Origin: a virus
Taxonomy: Duplodnaviria > Caudoviricetes
Virus record (IMG/VR): IMGVR_UViG_3300037692_000213
Location: 1 to 33,506 of that record
DNA length: 33,506 bases
Reading direction: 5' to 3' (one strand)
The notes under the pieces were generated by a model. The model had not been told where the DNA came from. It did not search any database and worked only from the letters and a program-made list of their open reading frames with translations. A program made the position numbers and the translations under genes. This document shows positions 17,758-26,954 of the stretch, piece after piece (the stretch's first letter is position 1; every line of letters begins with the position of its first letter).

Positions 17758-18839
17758 ATGCACAAAAATATTTTATCAAAGCTTACAATACCAATTATGT
17801 ATTTTTAACACGATTGAATTTTCCAATTGATCTTTCTTTCGGTGTAGACATGGAAGGTAATGGCGTGTTGAGTTTTCAATTAAATATACTTGATCCGATA
17901 TTAGTTAAATTTGATGTAGATAATAGAAAAAACATATTTGAATTATATAATGAAGGTGTATTGTGGAGAGTCTACTATTTGAAAGACAACGTTCAGTATA
18001 CTAGCGAGAAGGTACAATTTAGGTGTGTTGATTATATTCAGAAACTCACTGAACGCGTTGTAGCCTCTAAAACATTCAACGGTGTTGCCGGTGGTACATC
18101 TGCACAGACATTGGTAACTGAGGCTAACACGGGAACCAACAGGGATACTTTCATAACGAATGGTGTTACTGATATTTCAACATTAATATACAAACAGTTA
18201 GACTATCAAGCTGCATTTGATGCATTGGTTGTCATACGTGATACGGTCAATGCGCAAATGGTTTTAAATACTGATCTAAGTTTGGATTTTGTATCTTCAT
18301 ACGGCAATACTTTGACTGAAAGATTAATATATAATTATAGTGATCCAAGAAATAGTACGATTAAAGACTTCACCGTATTGCGTGATTTCGGTTACATAGC
18401 AAACGATGTTACAGGTAAAGCCGGAGTTACGACTTCAAATGAAACTGATAGCACAAGTATCAGTAAATACGGACTTACTGAAAGATTTGTTTCGTTTCCT
18501 GACGCTGCTCTTATTACTGATTTAAACAATTCAACTACCGAATATAAAAATGAACACAGGGAAGCGAGGTTATTGCCACAAGTACAAATTGATAATGCAA
18601 AAATTCCGCTATCATGCTATAATATAGGTGATAAGTTGCCATTGTTTATATATAAGGGTTCTCTGGCAATTGAAGGTACATATCAAATAGTCTCCATCAA
18701 TGTAACAGTAGATGATACAAGCAACGAAACAGTACAAGTAACCTTATCCGAAAACACAGTAAACAACCGCAATCCCGATATATTGAACTTTATAAACAAT
18801 TTAGACAAAAGATTAAAATATATAGAACTTAACGCATAA
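17748..18839 (+). CDS. baseplate hub / Tal-like tail protein
   Basis: ANDVTGK, SISKYGLTE, YNIGD and I.SI.V.V motifs; synteny. Confidence 0.75.
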   Translation: MAINAQKYFIKAYNTNYVFLTRLNFPIDLSFGVDMEGNGVLSFQLNILDPILVKFDVDNRKNIFELYNEGVLWRVYYLKDNVQYTSEKVQFRCVDYIQKLTERVVASKTFNGVAGGTSAQTLVTEANTGTNRDTFITNGVTDISTLIYKQLDYQAAFDALVVIRDTVNAQMVLNTDLSLDFVSSYGNTLTERLIYNYSDPRNSTIKDFTVLRDFGYIANDVTGKAGVTTSNETDSTSISKYGLTERFVSFPDAALITDLNNSTTEYKNEHREARLLPQVQIDNAKIPLSCYNIGDKLPLFIYKGSLAIEGTYQIVSINVTVDDTSNETVQVTLSENTVNNRNPDILNFINNLDKRLKYIELNA

Positions 18840-18843
18840 AATA

Positions 18844-20031
18844 ATGTCAGTAATAAATAGATCGCCAGTAAACACAACTTCAGGCACAGGTTATAGATAT
18901 TGGCAAGATGAGGATTTTACCAGAATGGAAGCAAGATTAATGTCAGAAGGTGTAGATATGAATACTTCATCTACTGCACTAGAAGTAACTGAAAGAGCAC
19001 TTGGCGCGAATATGTCAGTTGATGTAGCATCGGGATATTGTTTGGTAGAAATAACAAGAAGCGGAAGGGTTTTTAAGGTGTGGGTAGAAAACACGGCGAC
19101 GGCGAATCTTGCAATAAGTTCAAACGCTTCAGGTTCAACGCGGTATGATTTAGTGTGTGTGAAAGTTGATACAACGCTTGATCCTGACACTCAAGCAGAT
19201 AATATGTGTTCATTGATAATTGTTGAAGGCACTGGCGGTGCTGGCGTTCCTTCGACACCATCTAATCACCTGAAGCTTGCAGAGGTTGAAGTAATAAATG
19301 GTGCAGTTACTATACCAAATGCTAAAATAACAGATACTCGCGTTGCCTTACCTGCGTTAGACGATATTGCAACAAATACAAGTGATATTTTAACACACGA
19401 TCATACAGGAACAGATAGTGTTATTATTGATCATTACCAAGCAACGAACTATGGTACTAGGTCATATTATCAAGCATACGTAAGAGATTTGTCCTATGGC
19501 ACTGGTACAGGCGGTTCATATACAACTGGTAACTGGGCGGATCGCGTTTCAACTGGTACTGGTGCTAATTACTATGCATATTTTTCTGGTAGCCTTTCTT
19601 TTGGCTTAAATTACTCTAGTAATCATTATTATTCATGTACGTTTTTAACCGCTTCAATTACAGATGTTGATACGTTTACAGGATTAGCACAATGGGGCAA
19701 TGTTGCCGTCAATAGCGTAAGAACTTCAGTTACTGCACATATAGGATTCTTTACTCAAGGGTCAACAATATATGCATCAAATGCAAACGGAATTTATCAA
19801 ACAAAAACAGCATGTTCTGCAACATATTTAGGAAGCAATCCAATAAGATTATCCTATAAGCGATATAGTGGTAGTATTTATTTTTATGTAAATGGTGTAC
19901 TTCAGGCGACCCATACAACTAATTTACCTAGCGGATCACCTGAAAGCTGGAACGGAATCTCTGTTGACTCGGCAGTAATAAATCGTGCGTATTATTTACC
20001 ACACGGAAGTCTAGTAATAAGTGTATTGTAA
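18844..20031 (+). CDS. tail fiber / receptor-binding protein
   Basis: N-terminal anchor (MSVDVASG, RYDLV, LAEV...ITDTR) and Y/G/S/T-rich lectin-like C-terminus. Confidence 0.75.
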   Translation: MSVINRSPVNTTSGTGYRYWQDEDFTRMEARLMSEGVDMNTSSTALEVTERALGANMSVDVASGYCLVEITRSGRVFKVWVENTATANLAISSNASGSTRYDLVCVKVDTTLDPDTQADNMCSLIIVEGTGGAGVPSTPSNHLKLAEVEVINGAVTIPNAKITDTRVALPALDDIATNTSDILTHDHTGTDSVIIDHYQATNYGTRSYYQAYVRDLSYGTGTGGSYTTGNWADRVSTGTGANYYAYFSGSLSFGLNYSSNHYYSCTFLTASITDVDTFTGLAQWGNVAVNSVRTSVTAHIGFFTQGSTIYASNANGIYQTKTACSATYLGSNPIRLSYKRYSGSIYFYVNGVLQATHTTNLPSGSPESWNGISVDSAVINRAYYLPHGSLVISVL

Positions 20032-20035
20032 CTTT

Positions 20036-20179
20036 ATGGAAAAATTCTTGGAAAATAACTGGTTTAAAGTAAAATTAGTAACAGCAGTAACGACTATTAT
20101 TACATTATTATGGTTTGCTTGGCTAACTGGCGGGTCGCCAACTATAGGTACAACATTTCATTTTATGTTTGACAATTAA
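20036..20179 (+). CDS. small single-TM protein (47 aa), lysis cassette
   Basis: MEKFLENNWFKVKLVTAVTTIITLLWFAWLTGG... Confidence 0.55.
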   Translation: MEKFLENNWFKVKLVTAVTTIITLLWFAWLTGGSPTIGTTFHFMFDN

Positions 20180-20188
20180 TCTGATACT

Positions 20189-20431
20189 ATGGGAGATGAA
20201 ATTACTTATGAAAAACTAATGCATGAAATAAGAACAGCAGTTAGCGACATGGAGATGAGGCTAATGTCTAAACTGCTACAAATGGAAAGTAGGTTCGAAG
20301 CTACTTCCGTAAGAGTTGAAAAAAACAGTAATGCGATCCAAAAATATCAAACATATTTTCAAATATTATGGTTTGCAGTCGGTGTAATAACCACTATAAT
20401 AACCGCAATGATCATTGACCTTATCACATGA
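20189..20431 (+). CDS. holin-like coiled-coil + C-terminal TM protein
   Basis: Coiled coil then ILWFAVGVITTIITAMII; ATGA overlap with endolysin. Confidence 0.6.
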   Translation: MGDEITYEKLMHEIRTAVSDMEMRLMSKLLQMESRFEATSVRVEKNSNAIQKYQTYFQILWFAVGVITTIITAMIIDLIT

Positions 20432-21117
20432 ATATTTTGGATATTAGAAATGAATGTTTTTTTAATAATTATGAAAGTGTAAAGCGAAAGCTATCTGATA
20501 TTAGTATAATAGCTGTTCATCATTCAGCGCGTGAATATCATATAGGCGAAGACTATAAGCATGTTATTATCCAAGCCGCAACGTACCACAAGAATAAAAT
20601 ATGGGGATATCTTAATAGCAAACCTATATATGGTAATGGATTAATGTATCATTATGTCATAACTCCTGATGGACAAATATATAAAACTCGCAACATGGAA
20701 GAGGTTACGTGGCACGCTAATAATGCGAACAATAAATCAGTTGCAATCATGTTGCAGGGAAATTTTGAGATCCAAAATCCGACTATTGAACAATTAAAAT
20801 CACTTGAGGAATTATTACAGAAATTATTAATTGATTTATCGCTTGATAAGTCTTCTGTATTTGCGCATGGAGAATTGATAAATTATGGCAATCAGACTGC
20901 TTGTTGTGGTAGAATGTTAAAAGATGACGTTGTAAGATTCAGGAATACCGGGTTCATATTTGATCAAAAATATATAGCCGATGAAAACTTTAAGGAATCG
21001 TTTGGGTACTGGTTATCAAAGGGAGTATTCAGTAAATACACTGATCCGAGAAGACAACCAACCAATCAAGAGATAGGTGAGTTTCTTTATCGATATGATA
21101 AGTTGAGATCTTCTTGA
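20428..21117 (+). CDS. endolysin, N-acetylmuramoyl-L-alanine amidase (Amidase_2) with SLH-like C-terminus
   Basis: IAVHHSA, YHYVI..DG.I, WHA, HGE and TACCG motifs; C-terminal WLSKGVF...DP...TNQE...FLYR. Confidence 0.9.
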   Translation: MNILDIRNECFFNNYESVKRKLSDISIIAVHHSAREYHIGEDYKHVIIQAATYHKNKIWGYLNSKPIYGNGLMYHYVITPDGQIYKTRNMEEVTWHANNANNKSVAIMLQGNFEIQNPTIEQLKSLEELLQKLLIDLSLDKSSVFAHGELINYGNQTACCGRMLKDDVVRFRNTGFIFDQKYIADENFKESFGYWLSKGVFSKYTDPRRQPTNQEIGEFLYRYDKLRSS

Positions 21118-21245
21118 TCTAGTATTTCGTCATTAGTTGAGAAATACTCTTCGCAATTACTGCATAAAAACCTTTTACCAACATATCTGAACCTGAAAAT
21201 ATATGGTACAAGTTCCATTGTTTGGTCGCAATACGGACATTTCAT
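21087..21245 (-). CDS. small zinc-ribbon protein (52 aa), only convincing minus-strand gene
   Basis: MKCPYCDQTMELVPYIFRFRYVGKRFLCSNCEEYFSTNDEILDQEDLNLSYR*; CPYC/CSNC; fills an otherwise empty gap. Confidence 0.7.
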   Translation of the reverse strand: MKCPYCDQTMELVPYIFRFRYVGKRFLCSNCEEYFSTNDEILDQEDLNLSYR

Positions 21246-21306
21246 TGATTATTATCAATTTGCCTTTTTCCTAAAATAATATTATTTTAAAAGTGTAAAA
21301 AAAGCA

Positions 21307-21678
21307 ATGAAAATCATAAAAGATAAATTACAAGGCGAACCGCCATCAAAAGCAATATGGTATGGCGTAAAGCGTGACGATAATGGAAATGCTGTAATGT
21401 ATCCATATGTTAAAAACAAATGGATATACGATAATATCGGATTGTTGAAACAAAAATATGAAAAGACTGATAATCAAATTGACATTTCGATACATTATAT
21501 ATTGCGTTCTGAAAAAAAAGTGTCTGAATTGTTAGCGTCTTTTGAGTTTATTTTACTTAAAGTTTTCATAAATAATTCACATCAAATAAGAAATATTACT
21601 ATAACAAAAGAGGTTTCTGAATTAAATAATGATCAGTTCAAAGCATGTATTCAGGAATTTCAAATAACAATTCTATGA
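21307..21678 (+). CDS. RusA-like fold protein lacking catalytic aspartates
   Basis: PPS start and I.I.I...I NNSHQI.NITITK pattern resemble RusA, but D-x-D-N and DD are absent. Confidence 0.45.
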   Translation: MKIIKDKLQGEPPSKAIWYGVKRDDNGNAVMYPYVKNKWIYDNIGLLKQKYEKTDNQIDISIHYILRSEKKVSELLASFEFILLKVFINNSHQIRNITITKEVSELNNDQFKACIQEFQITIL

Positions 21679-21848
21679 CGTTTACAGTATTCTATAAAAT
21701 CAAGATATTTAAGGAGTATGTTCATATGACCGAAGACATAGATACTGAAACATGGAGTGATGCTTATAGGATTTTTACAAAAAACCATCTAGGTAAAAAA
21801 ATATTTATTAAAAAAATTGAACTCAATGAAAAAAGTAGAATTAGATAA
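21675..21848 (+). CDS. hypothetical protein
   Basis: ATGA overlap with upstream gene. Confidence 0.55.
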   Translation: MTFTVFYKIKIFKEYVHMTEDIDTETWSDAYRIFTKNHLGKKIFIKKIELNEKSRIR

Positions 21849-22236
21849 AACAGAAGAAAGAACTGAAGAGAATAAAGAAGAAGCAATTGAATGCTGGGGC
21901 GAATTATTTGGTAATAAAACCAATATTGCTAGGCGTGTTGGCGTTAGTAGAATTACTTTATATAATTGGATAGAAGGCGATAAGTCATTTGCGAAAAAAG
22001 TAAAACAAGCAGAAGAAAACATGAAGGATTTTATTGAAGATGCTTTGTATCTTAAAGTAAAAGAAGGCGATACTAAGGCTATTCTATTCGCATGTGAAAG
22101 AAAATGTTACGACAGAGGATATGGCAAACGTCAAATAATTGACCTGAATAATAGGATAGGTGAATTACCGCCAGAAAAGCAGAAAGAGATTGATGATGTA
22201 CTGAAAATGAATGGATATCAAGTCGATACTGAATGA
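21826..22236 (+). CDS. terS: terminase small subunit (HTH)
   Basis: IARRVGVSRITLYNW...D..F and IEDALY...GD..AILF; upstream of TerL. Confidence 0.8.
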   Translation: MKKVELDKTEERTEENKEEAIECWGELFGNKTNIARRVGVSRITLYNWIEGDKSFAKKVKQAEENMKDFIEDALYLKVKEGDTKAILFACERKCYDRGYGKRQIIDLNNRIGELPPEKQKEIDDVLKMNGYQVDTE

Positions 22237-23608
22237 CAGAGATGCTCGGGTATATGCTTGTAGCAGAAACTTCAAGTTATTTACGATTGTTTATTTTAGT
22301 CATTTCTTGAAATATCAATTTGCTTCATTTCATGATTTATTTTTCGATAAATTATCGGACGATTCAATTGAAAACCTTGCCTTGCTTGCGTTTCGCGAAA
22401 GCGCAAAGACTGTTTTTTCTGGCATATTTTATCCGACATGGTGCATAGCATATAAGAAAAGGTTCTTTATAGAATTTGTTGGCGCTGACCATGTAATTGC
22501 AACTAAAAGACTGCAAAACCTAAGCAGACAATTACAAATTAATAAACTTTTTATTAATGATTTTGGGAACTTATACTTTGAAGACAAATCTGATTTTAAG
22601 CAAAAGAGGGCAAAAAGAGTCAGCTATTTCGAAACAACAAATGGCATAACTTGTGTGGCACTAGGAATTAATCAAACGCCCCGTGGTGATCTTTTTGATC
22701 AATTCAGACCGGACTTATTGATAGGTGACGACATTGATAACATGAAAACAGTACGCAATCCGGAGATACGCAAAGAGTCATTGAATAGATTGCATGGTGA
22801 ATTTTTGGGCGGTTTGGCTGATAACGCACGATCTATTATATCCGGCAATATGATTCATAGGGATTGCTTAATGGCAAACCTCGAAAAACGTCCTGACGTG
22901 TGGGATATGATTAAAGTGCCAGTTAGAGATTCAGAAGGTAGATATGCGTGGGGATCAAGGTGGAATTACGAGAAGGAAGAAAGAATGAAAGCAAAGTTAG
23001 GTATACATGTTTTCAACCAGGAATTTTTATTGAAACCGATCGGGGATGACGATCAAATCATAAAAGAGGAATGGATCAATTATTATACTACTCAACTAAA
23101 ATTATCACCTGATCAATTTAAGATTGTTTGTTTTGTTGATCCGGCTGTTAAAGAGAAAGAAACAAGTGACTATACAGCTATTGAGGTATGGTGTAAGGAT
23201 TTAAATAATGACAATGCATATTGTCTGGCATTAGTACGCGAAAGAATGCCGGTTGAAAAAATACTTCTAAAGATAAAATCATTATATGATTATTGGCATT
23301 TTGAAGTTCTCGGGATCGAAGACGTTGCGGCTCAGTATTGGTTAATACAACTTGTAAGATCTACGTATCCAGAAATATACGTAAAATCAATAAAACGTAC
23401 TAAAGATAAAACTTCAAGATTAAGATCTGTGCAATACTTATTTCAACAAGGTAAAGTCTTTTTTAATCCACAACATCAAATTATAGTCGACGAGCTTGTT
23501 GATTTTCCTGTTGCCGCCCATGACGATACGGTTGATGCTTGTATCGATTCATTGCATGAATTATATAGAAGTTCAGGAAGTAAGTTGATCCAAAGTAATG
23601 AATTTTAA
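22211..23608 (+). CDS. terL: terminase large subunit
   Basis: FRESAKT (Walker A variant), LLIGDDID (Walker B), nuclease FVDPA/SDYTA/HDDTVDA. Confidence 0.95.
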   Translation: MDIKSILNDRDARVYACSRNFKLFTIVYFSHFLKYQFASFHDLFFDKLSDDSIENLALLAFRESAKTVFSGIFYPTWCIAYKKRFFIEFVGADHVIATKRLQNLSRQLQINKLFINDFGNLYFEDKSDFKQKRAKRVSYFETTNGITCVALGINQTPRGDLFDQFRPDLLIGDDIDNMKTVRNPEIRKESLNRLHGEFLGGLADNARSIISGNMIHRDCLMANLEKRPDVWDMIKVPVRDSEGRYAWGSRWNYEKEERMKAKLGIHVFNQEFLLKPIGDDDQIIKEEWINYYTTQLKLSPDQFKIVCFVDPAVKEKETSDYTAIEVWCKDLNNDNAYCLALVRERMPVEKILLKIKSLYDYWHFEVLGIEDVAAQYWLIQLVRSTYPEIYVKSIKRTKDKTSRLRSVQYLFQQGKVFFNPQHQIIVDELVDFPVAAHDDTVDACIDSLHELYRSSGSKLIQSNEF

Positions 23609-23651
23609 TTTAATATATAGTATAATATTAATGGAAATTTAAAAAAATATT

Positions 23652-25043
23652 ATGGAAAAATCTTTTCCGTCAGATAAAGACATACAAAGAATTAAAGAAA
23701 GCGAAGAATATAAAAAGCTTTTTGATGGTTTGCATGACTTAGTTTTTAACATAAGTGATTTTTTCCAGAAAGACCTTGAGAAGAAAAGAACACTTTATGT
23801 TGCAATGAATTTACCGGCTTTTATATCAGAATATTATGCGGATATGATTGTTGGAAGCGGAGTCTTTTTTGATGTTGAAGACAAGGATATTCAGGAAAAA
23901 ATAAATGAATTTGTTAAAAGAAACGGGCTTGATGTTTTATTGTATGAAGCATCACTAGCACAATCCGAATATGGATATGTACCAATAAGGTTACGGATAG
24001 AAAATAAAGAAGTTATTATTGAACAAATTCCGAATGATCAATACTTTCCGGATTGGTCAAACGACATAAAACCGGTACTAAATGGAGTAACGCTTGCATC
24101 TTATGTCGAAATTGGAAATGGAGATGAAGGTGAAATGTTTTTATATAAGGAAATATACACTAAAGAGAATAACGATAAAGTATATTTAGAATATCAATTA
24201 TGGTCAGTAGATTCTGATGGCAAGCAAAAAACTCAAGTAAGTACCAGTAAGTTTAATGCAGATTTGCCGGAAGGAAAACAGCTTACTCTATTTACCGAAT
24301 ATCCAATTTATCAAATCAACAACATCAAAACATCTGATGATAATTTTGGTAGATCTGACTACTATAATATTTATCCACAACTGAAAAGCATCAACGAAAC
24401 GATTACGCAAATTCATATTGAACTGAGAAAGAACTTATATTCAAGGATCGCCGTACCTCAGGGGACGTTGAATGACAATGGAGAAATACGCGCATCTGAA
24501 GCAGATATATTTGAAGTTGGGGTTGGCGATAAGATGCCACAATATATTCAGAAAAGTAATCCATTAATTGAAGAGGCATTTAGGGAAATAGAGTTTTTTG
24601 TAAGAAGTATCGCTTCGATGACTAAGATACCGGTAGAGGCGTTTGGCATTGAAGGAAAAGGCGGGGTTGAGAAAGTAGAAGCAATGAGATTAAGATTATT
24701 CAATACTGAAAAGAAAGTACAACGTAAAAGGGTTTATTTCGAAAAACAACTTGAAGATATGTTGTCAGTCGCACTTGCCGTTGAAGGAACAAAAGGCGCA
24801 TCAGTTAACATAACATGGGACGATATATTGCCAGTAAGCGAACTTGAACTTACTGAATTATTAGCAATGCAAGTTAGTAGCAAGTTAAAATCAAAACGAA
24901 AGGCGATTAAAGAATTACAGGGGCTTGATGATGATTTGCTTGATGCTGAAATCGAAGAAATCAATAATGAACAAACCGTATCTACAAATAGTATTACTGA
25001 GCCAACTCAACCACTTACATTTCAAGATATTAATCAAATATAA
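23652..25043 (+). CDS. portal protein (SPP1-like)
   Basis: 463 aa after TerL; FGRSDY, ITWDDILP and S..KAI.EL motifs. Confidence 0.9.
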   Translation: MEKSFPSDKDIQRIKESEEYKKLFDGLHDLVFNISDFFQKDLEKKRTLYVAMNLPAFISEYYADMIVGSGVFFDVEDKDIQEKINEFVKRNGLDVLLYEASLAQSEYGYVPIRLRIENKEVIIEQIPNDQYFPDWSNDIKPVLNGVTLASYVEIGNGDEGEMFLYKEIYTKENNDKVYLEYQLWSVDSDGKQKTQVSTSKFNADLPEGKQLTLFTEYPIYQINNIKTSDDNFGRSDYYNIYPQLKSINETITQIHIELRKNLYSRIAVPQGTLNDNGEIRASEADIFEVGVGDKMPQYIQKSNPLIEEAFREIEFFVRSIASMTKIPVEAFGIEGKGGVEKVEAMRLRLFNTEKKVQRKRVYFEKQLEDMLSVALAVEGTKGASVNITWDDILPVSELELTELLAMQVSSKLKSKRKAIKELQGLDDDLLDAEIEEINNEQTVSTNSITEPTQPLTFQDINQI

Positions 25044-25228
25044 TGAAACTGATGAGATCATATGTTACTAAAAAATCGTTCTCGGAAGCAATGGAGATGA
25101 TAAACAACAAAATTAATTACAATAAATATACTAAAATATTATTGGTATTGTTAATGTATTGGTTTGTTATATTGTTTTGTATTTTTAGCTTAATTGTTGT
25201 GATTAAGTTTTCTTTAACATTTTTTTAA
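25043..25228 (+). CDS. small membrane protein between portal and minor head gene
   Basis: Long hydrophobic C-terminus; TAATG coupling; TTAATC at -13. Confidence 0.6.
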   Translation: MKLMRSYVTKKSFSEAMEMINNKINYNKYTKILLVLLMYWFVILFCIFSLIVVIKFSLTFF

Positions 25229-26185
25229 ATGCCAAATGACAGACTTGAACGTGAATTTACAGATGCACAATCTAAGGATATTGTTGCAGGTTATACTGTA
25301 TATAGTGATAAGGTGCGTTTAATCATAGAAGCGGAACTTAGCAGAAAAATAACAGAGCAATCAAAAGATCAGGCACTGAAAGAAATCGCCAGAAAATCAA
25401 ACGCGGTTTTTGTAATGACACAGAACGAGATCAATAAAAAAATACCAGAGGCATATAAATTCGGTTTAGAATGGGCAGACAATTCAGCAATCAATTCAAT
25501 TGATAATATGGCAAATGCAGATATTGTGACAAAACTTGAGGTACAAAAAGAAATACTAAAACGCAAAAATAATATCAAAGATCAAACACTTGCAAGGAAA
25601 AATGTTGTTCTAGCTGTTGAAGACAATATTGTTATGCAAAAGAAAATAACGAAATCTATAATTCAAAATACTGGATATGGGGAATTGCATAATGAGGCGA
25701 TTAAAAATCTTATAGGTTCGTCTATTAATGACTTCAAGAAAGGGCTTGAGGGGGTCACTGCTTCGGCTTCCAGGATACTTTCAGAGGCGCAAACACAACA
25801 AATCCGGTCAACGATTGCGGAAAGTCAACTTACTAAAACTTCTATATATAAAATAAAAAATGAAGTATTAAAAAACCTTGCAGATCAAGGCTTTACTACA
25901 ATAGCAACACGTGATGGGAAAAATATGCCGATCAAATGGTATGCAGAAATGCTCTCAAGAACGGAAACAATTAAAACTGCTAATATTGCAACAATTAATA
26001 GAGGCGCTGAGTTAGGAATAAATATTGTACAATTTTCTGAACACATGAGTTCTTGTGATATATGTATACCCTATGAAGGGTTGTTATATGACTTGACTGG
26101 CGTTGATTATCCATATCCACTCGAACCACCTCTTCATCCGAATTGCAGACATATACTTATACTACGTCCTGATCTTTCAATTTGA
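25229..26185 (+). CDS. minor head protein (SPP1 gp7 / Mu F-like)
   Basis: YAEML.RTE, CDIC..YEG and PPLHPNCRH. Confidence 0.85.
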   Translation: MPNDRLEREFTDAQSKDIVAGYTVYSDKVRLIIEAELSRKITEQSKDQALKEIARKSNAVFVMTQNEINKKIPEAYKFGLEWADNSAINSIDNMANADIVTKLEVQKEILKRKNNIKDQTLARKNVVLAVEDNIVMQKKITKSIIQNTGYGELHNEAIKNLIGSSINDFKKGLEGVTASASRILSEAQTQQIRSTIAESQLTKTSIYKIKNEVLKNLADQGFTTIATRDGKNMPIKWYAEMLSRTETIKTANIATINRGAELGINIVQFSEHMSSCDICIPYEGLLYDLTGVDYPYPLEPPLHPNCRHILILRPDLSI

Positions 26186-26265
26186 ATTAACATAAAAACA
26201 TAATAAATTCTATAATTGTTTTATTTTAAAAAACAATATGATATAATATAGGCGTGTATAAGTAA

Positions 26266-26291
26266 GGTTTGACAATGATCCATAAATTGTC
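26266..26291 (+). promoter_or_regulatory. predicted H-type pseudoknot in scaffold leader
   Basis: S1 GGTT/GATC (two G-U pairs), L1 T, S2 GACAAT/ATTGTC, L3 CATAA. Confidence 0.45.
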
Positions 26292-26314
26292 CGTTCAAAA
26301 TTAATACATGAACT

Positions 26315-26944
26315 ATGTCAGATAATGACAACAACGGCGTGACACCTGAGCCGAATAATTCAGATGGCGGTCAAGATGCAGACCAAAAAAATCACGATCC
26401 TGAACATTCAGTTACAATTCCTGAAGGCAAACTAAAAGGATTTGAAGCTCGCGTTGCAAGGGCAGAAAGTGAGAATAAGGATTTGAAATCCAAACTTCAA
26501 GCAATCGAAGAAGCAGAACAGAAAAAACGTGGCGACTATGAATCATTACTTACCACGAAAGAAACTGAATTGCATTCAACGAAAGCTGAACTAGAGGAAA
26601 AAGAATCTAAAATTACTGAAGCTTATGCAACACTCGAAAGGTATTATAATGAGGAACTTGAAAAAATACCTGAAGACAAAAGAGACTTGATTCCAGACAC
26701 ATTGCCACTGACTGATAAGCTTGAACAAGCAAGAAGGTTGGTCAAGGCATTTAGTCTCAACAATCAATCTCAGAATAGCATGCCTAAGAATTCAGCAAAT
26801 AATCCACTAGAAGAATCTTCCGAACTCGAAAAAAGAGTAGAAAAACTCAAGGAAATTCAAAGAAACAATGGATTAAGCGAAAAAGAACAGGAAGAACTAA
26901 TTGAAAAATCAAGACAACTGATGAAATTGAAAAGGGATAAATAA
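26315..26944 (+). CDS. capsid scaffolding protein
   Basis: Acidic disordered N-terminus, long coiled coil, IPEDKRDLIP; upstream of capsid gene. Confidence 0.8.
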   Translation: MSDNDNNGVTPEPNNSDGGQDADQKNHDPEHSVTIPEGKLKGFEARVARAESENKDLKSKLQAIEEAEQKKRGDYESLLTTKETELHSTKAELEEKESKITEAYATLERYYNEELEKIPEDKRDLIPDTLPLTDKLEQARRLVKAFSLNNQSQNSMPKNSANNPLEESSELEKRVEKLKEIQRNNGLSEKEQEELIEKSRQLMKLKRDK

Positions 26945-26954
26945 TTAAATTCTA

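Noticed and set aside
18844-20031. Diversity-generating retroelement target in the receptor-binding protein
   Set aside because: No reverse transcriptase and no template/variable repeat pair seen in the window.
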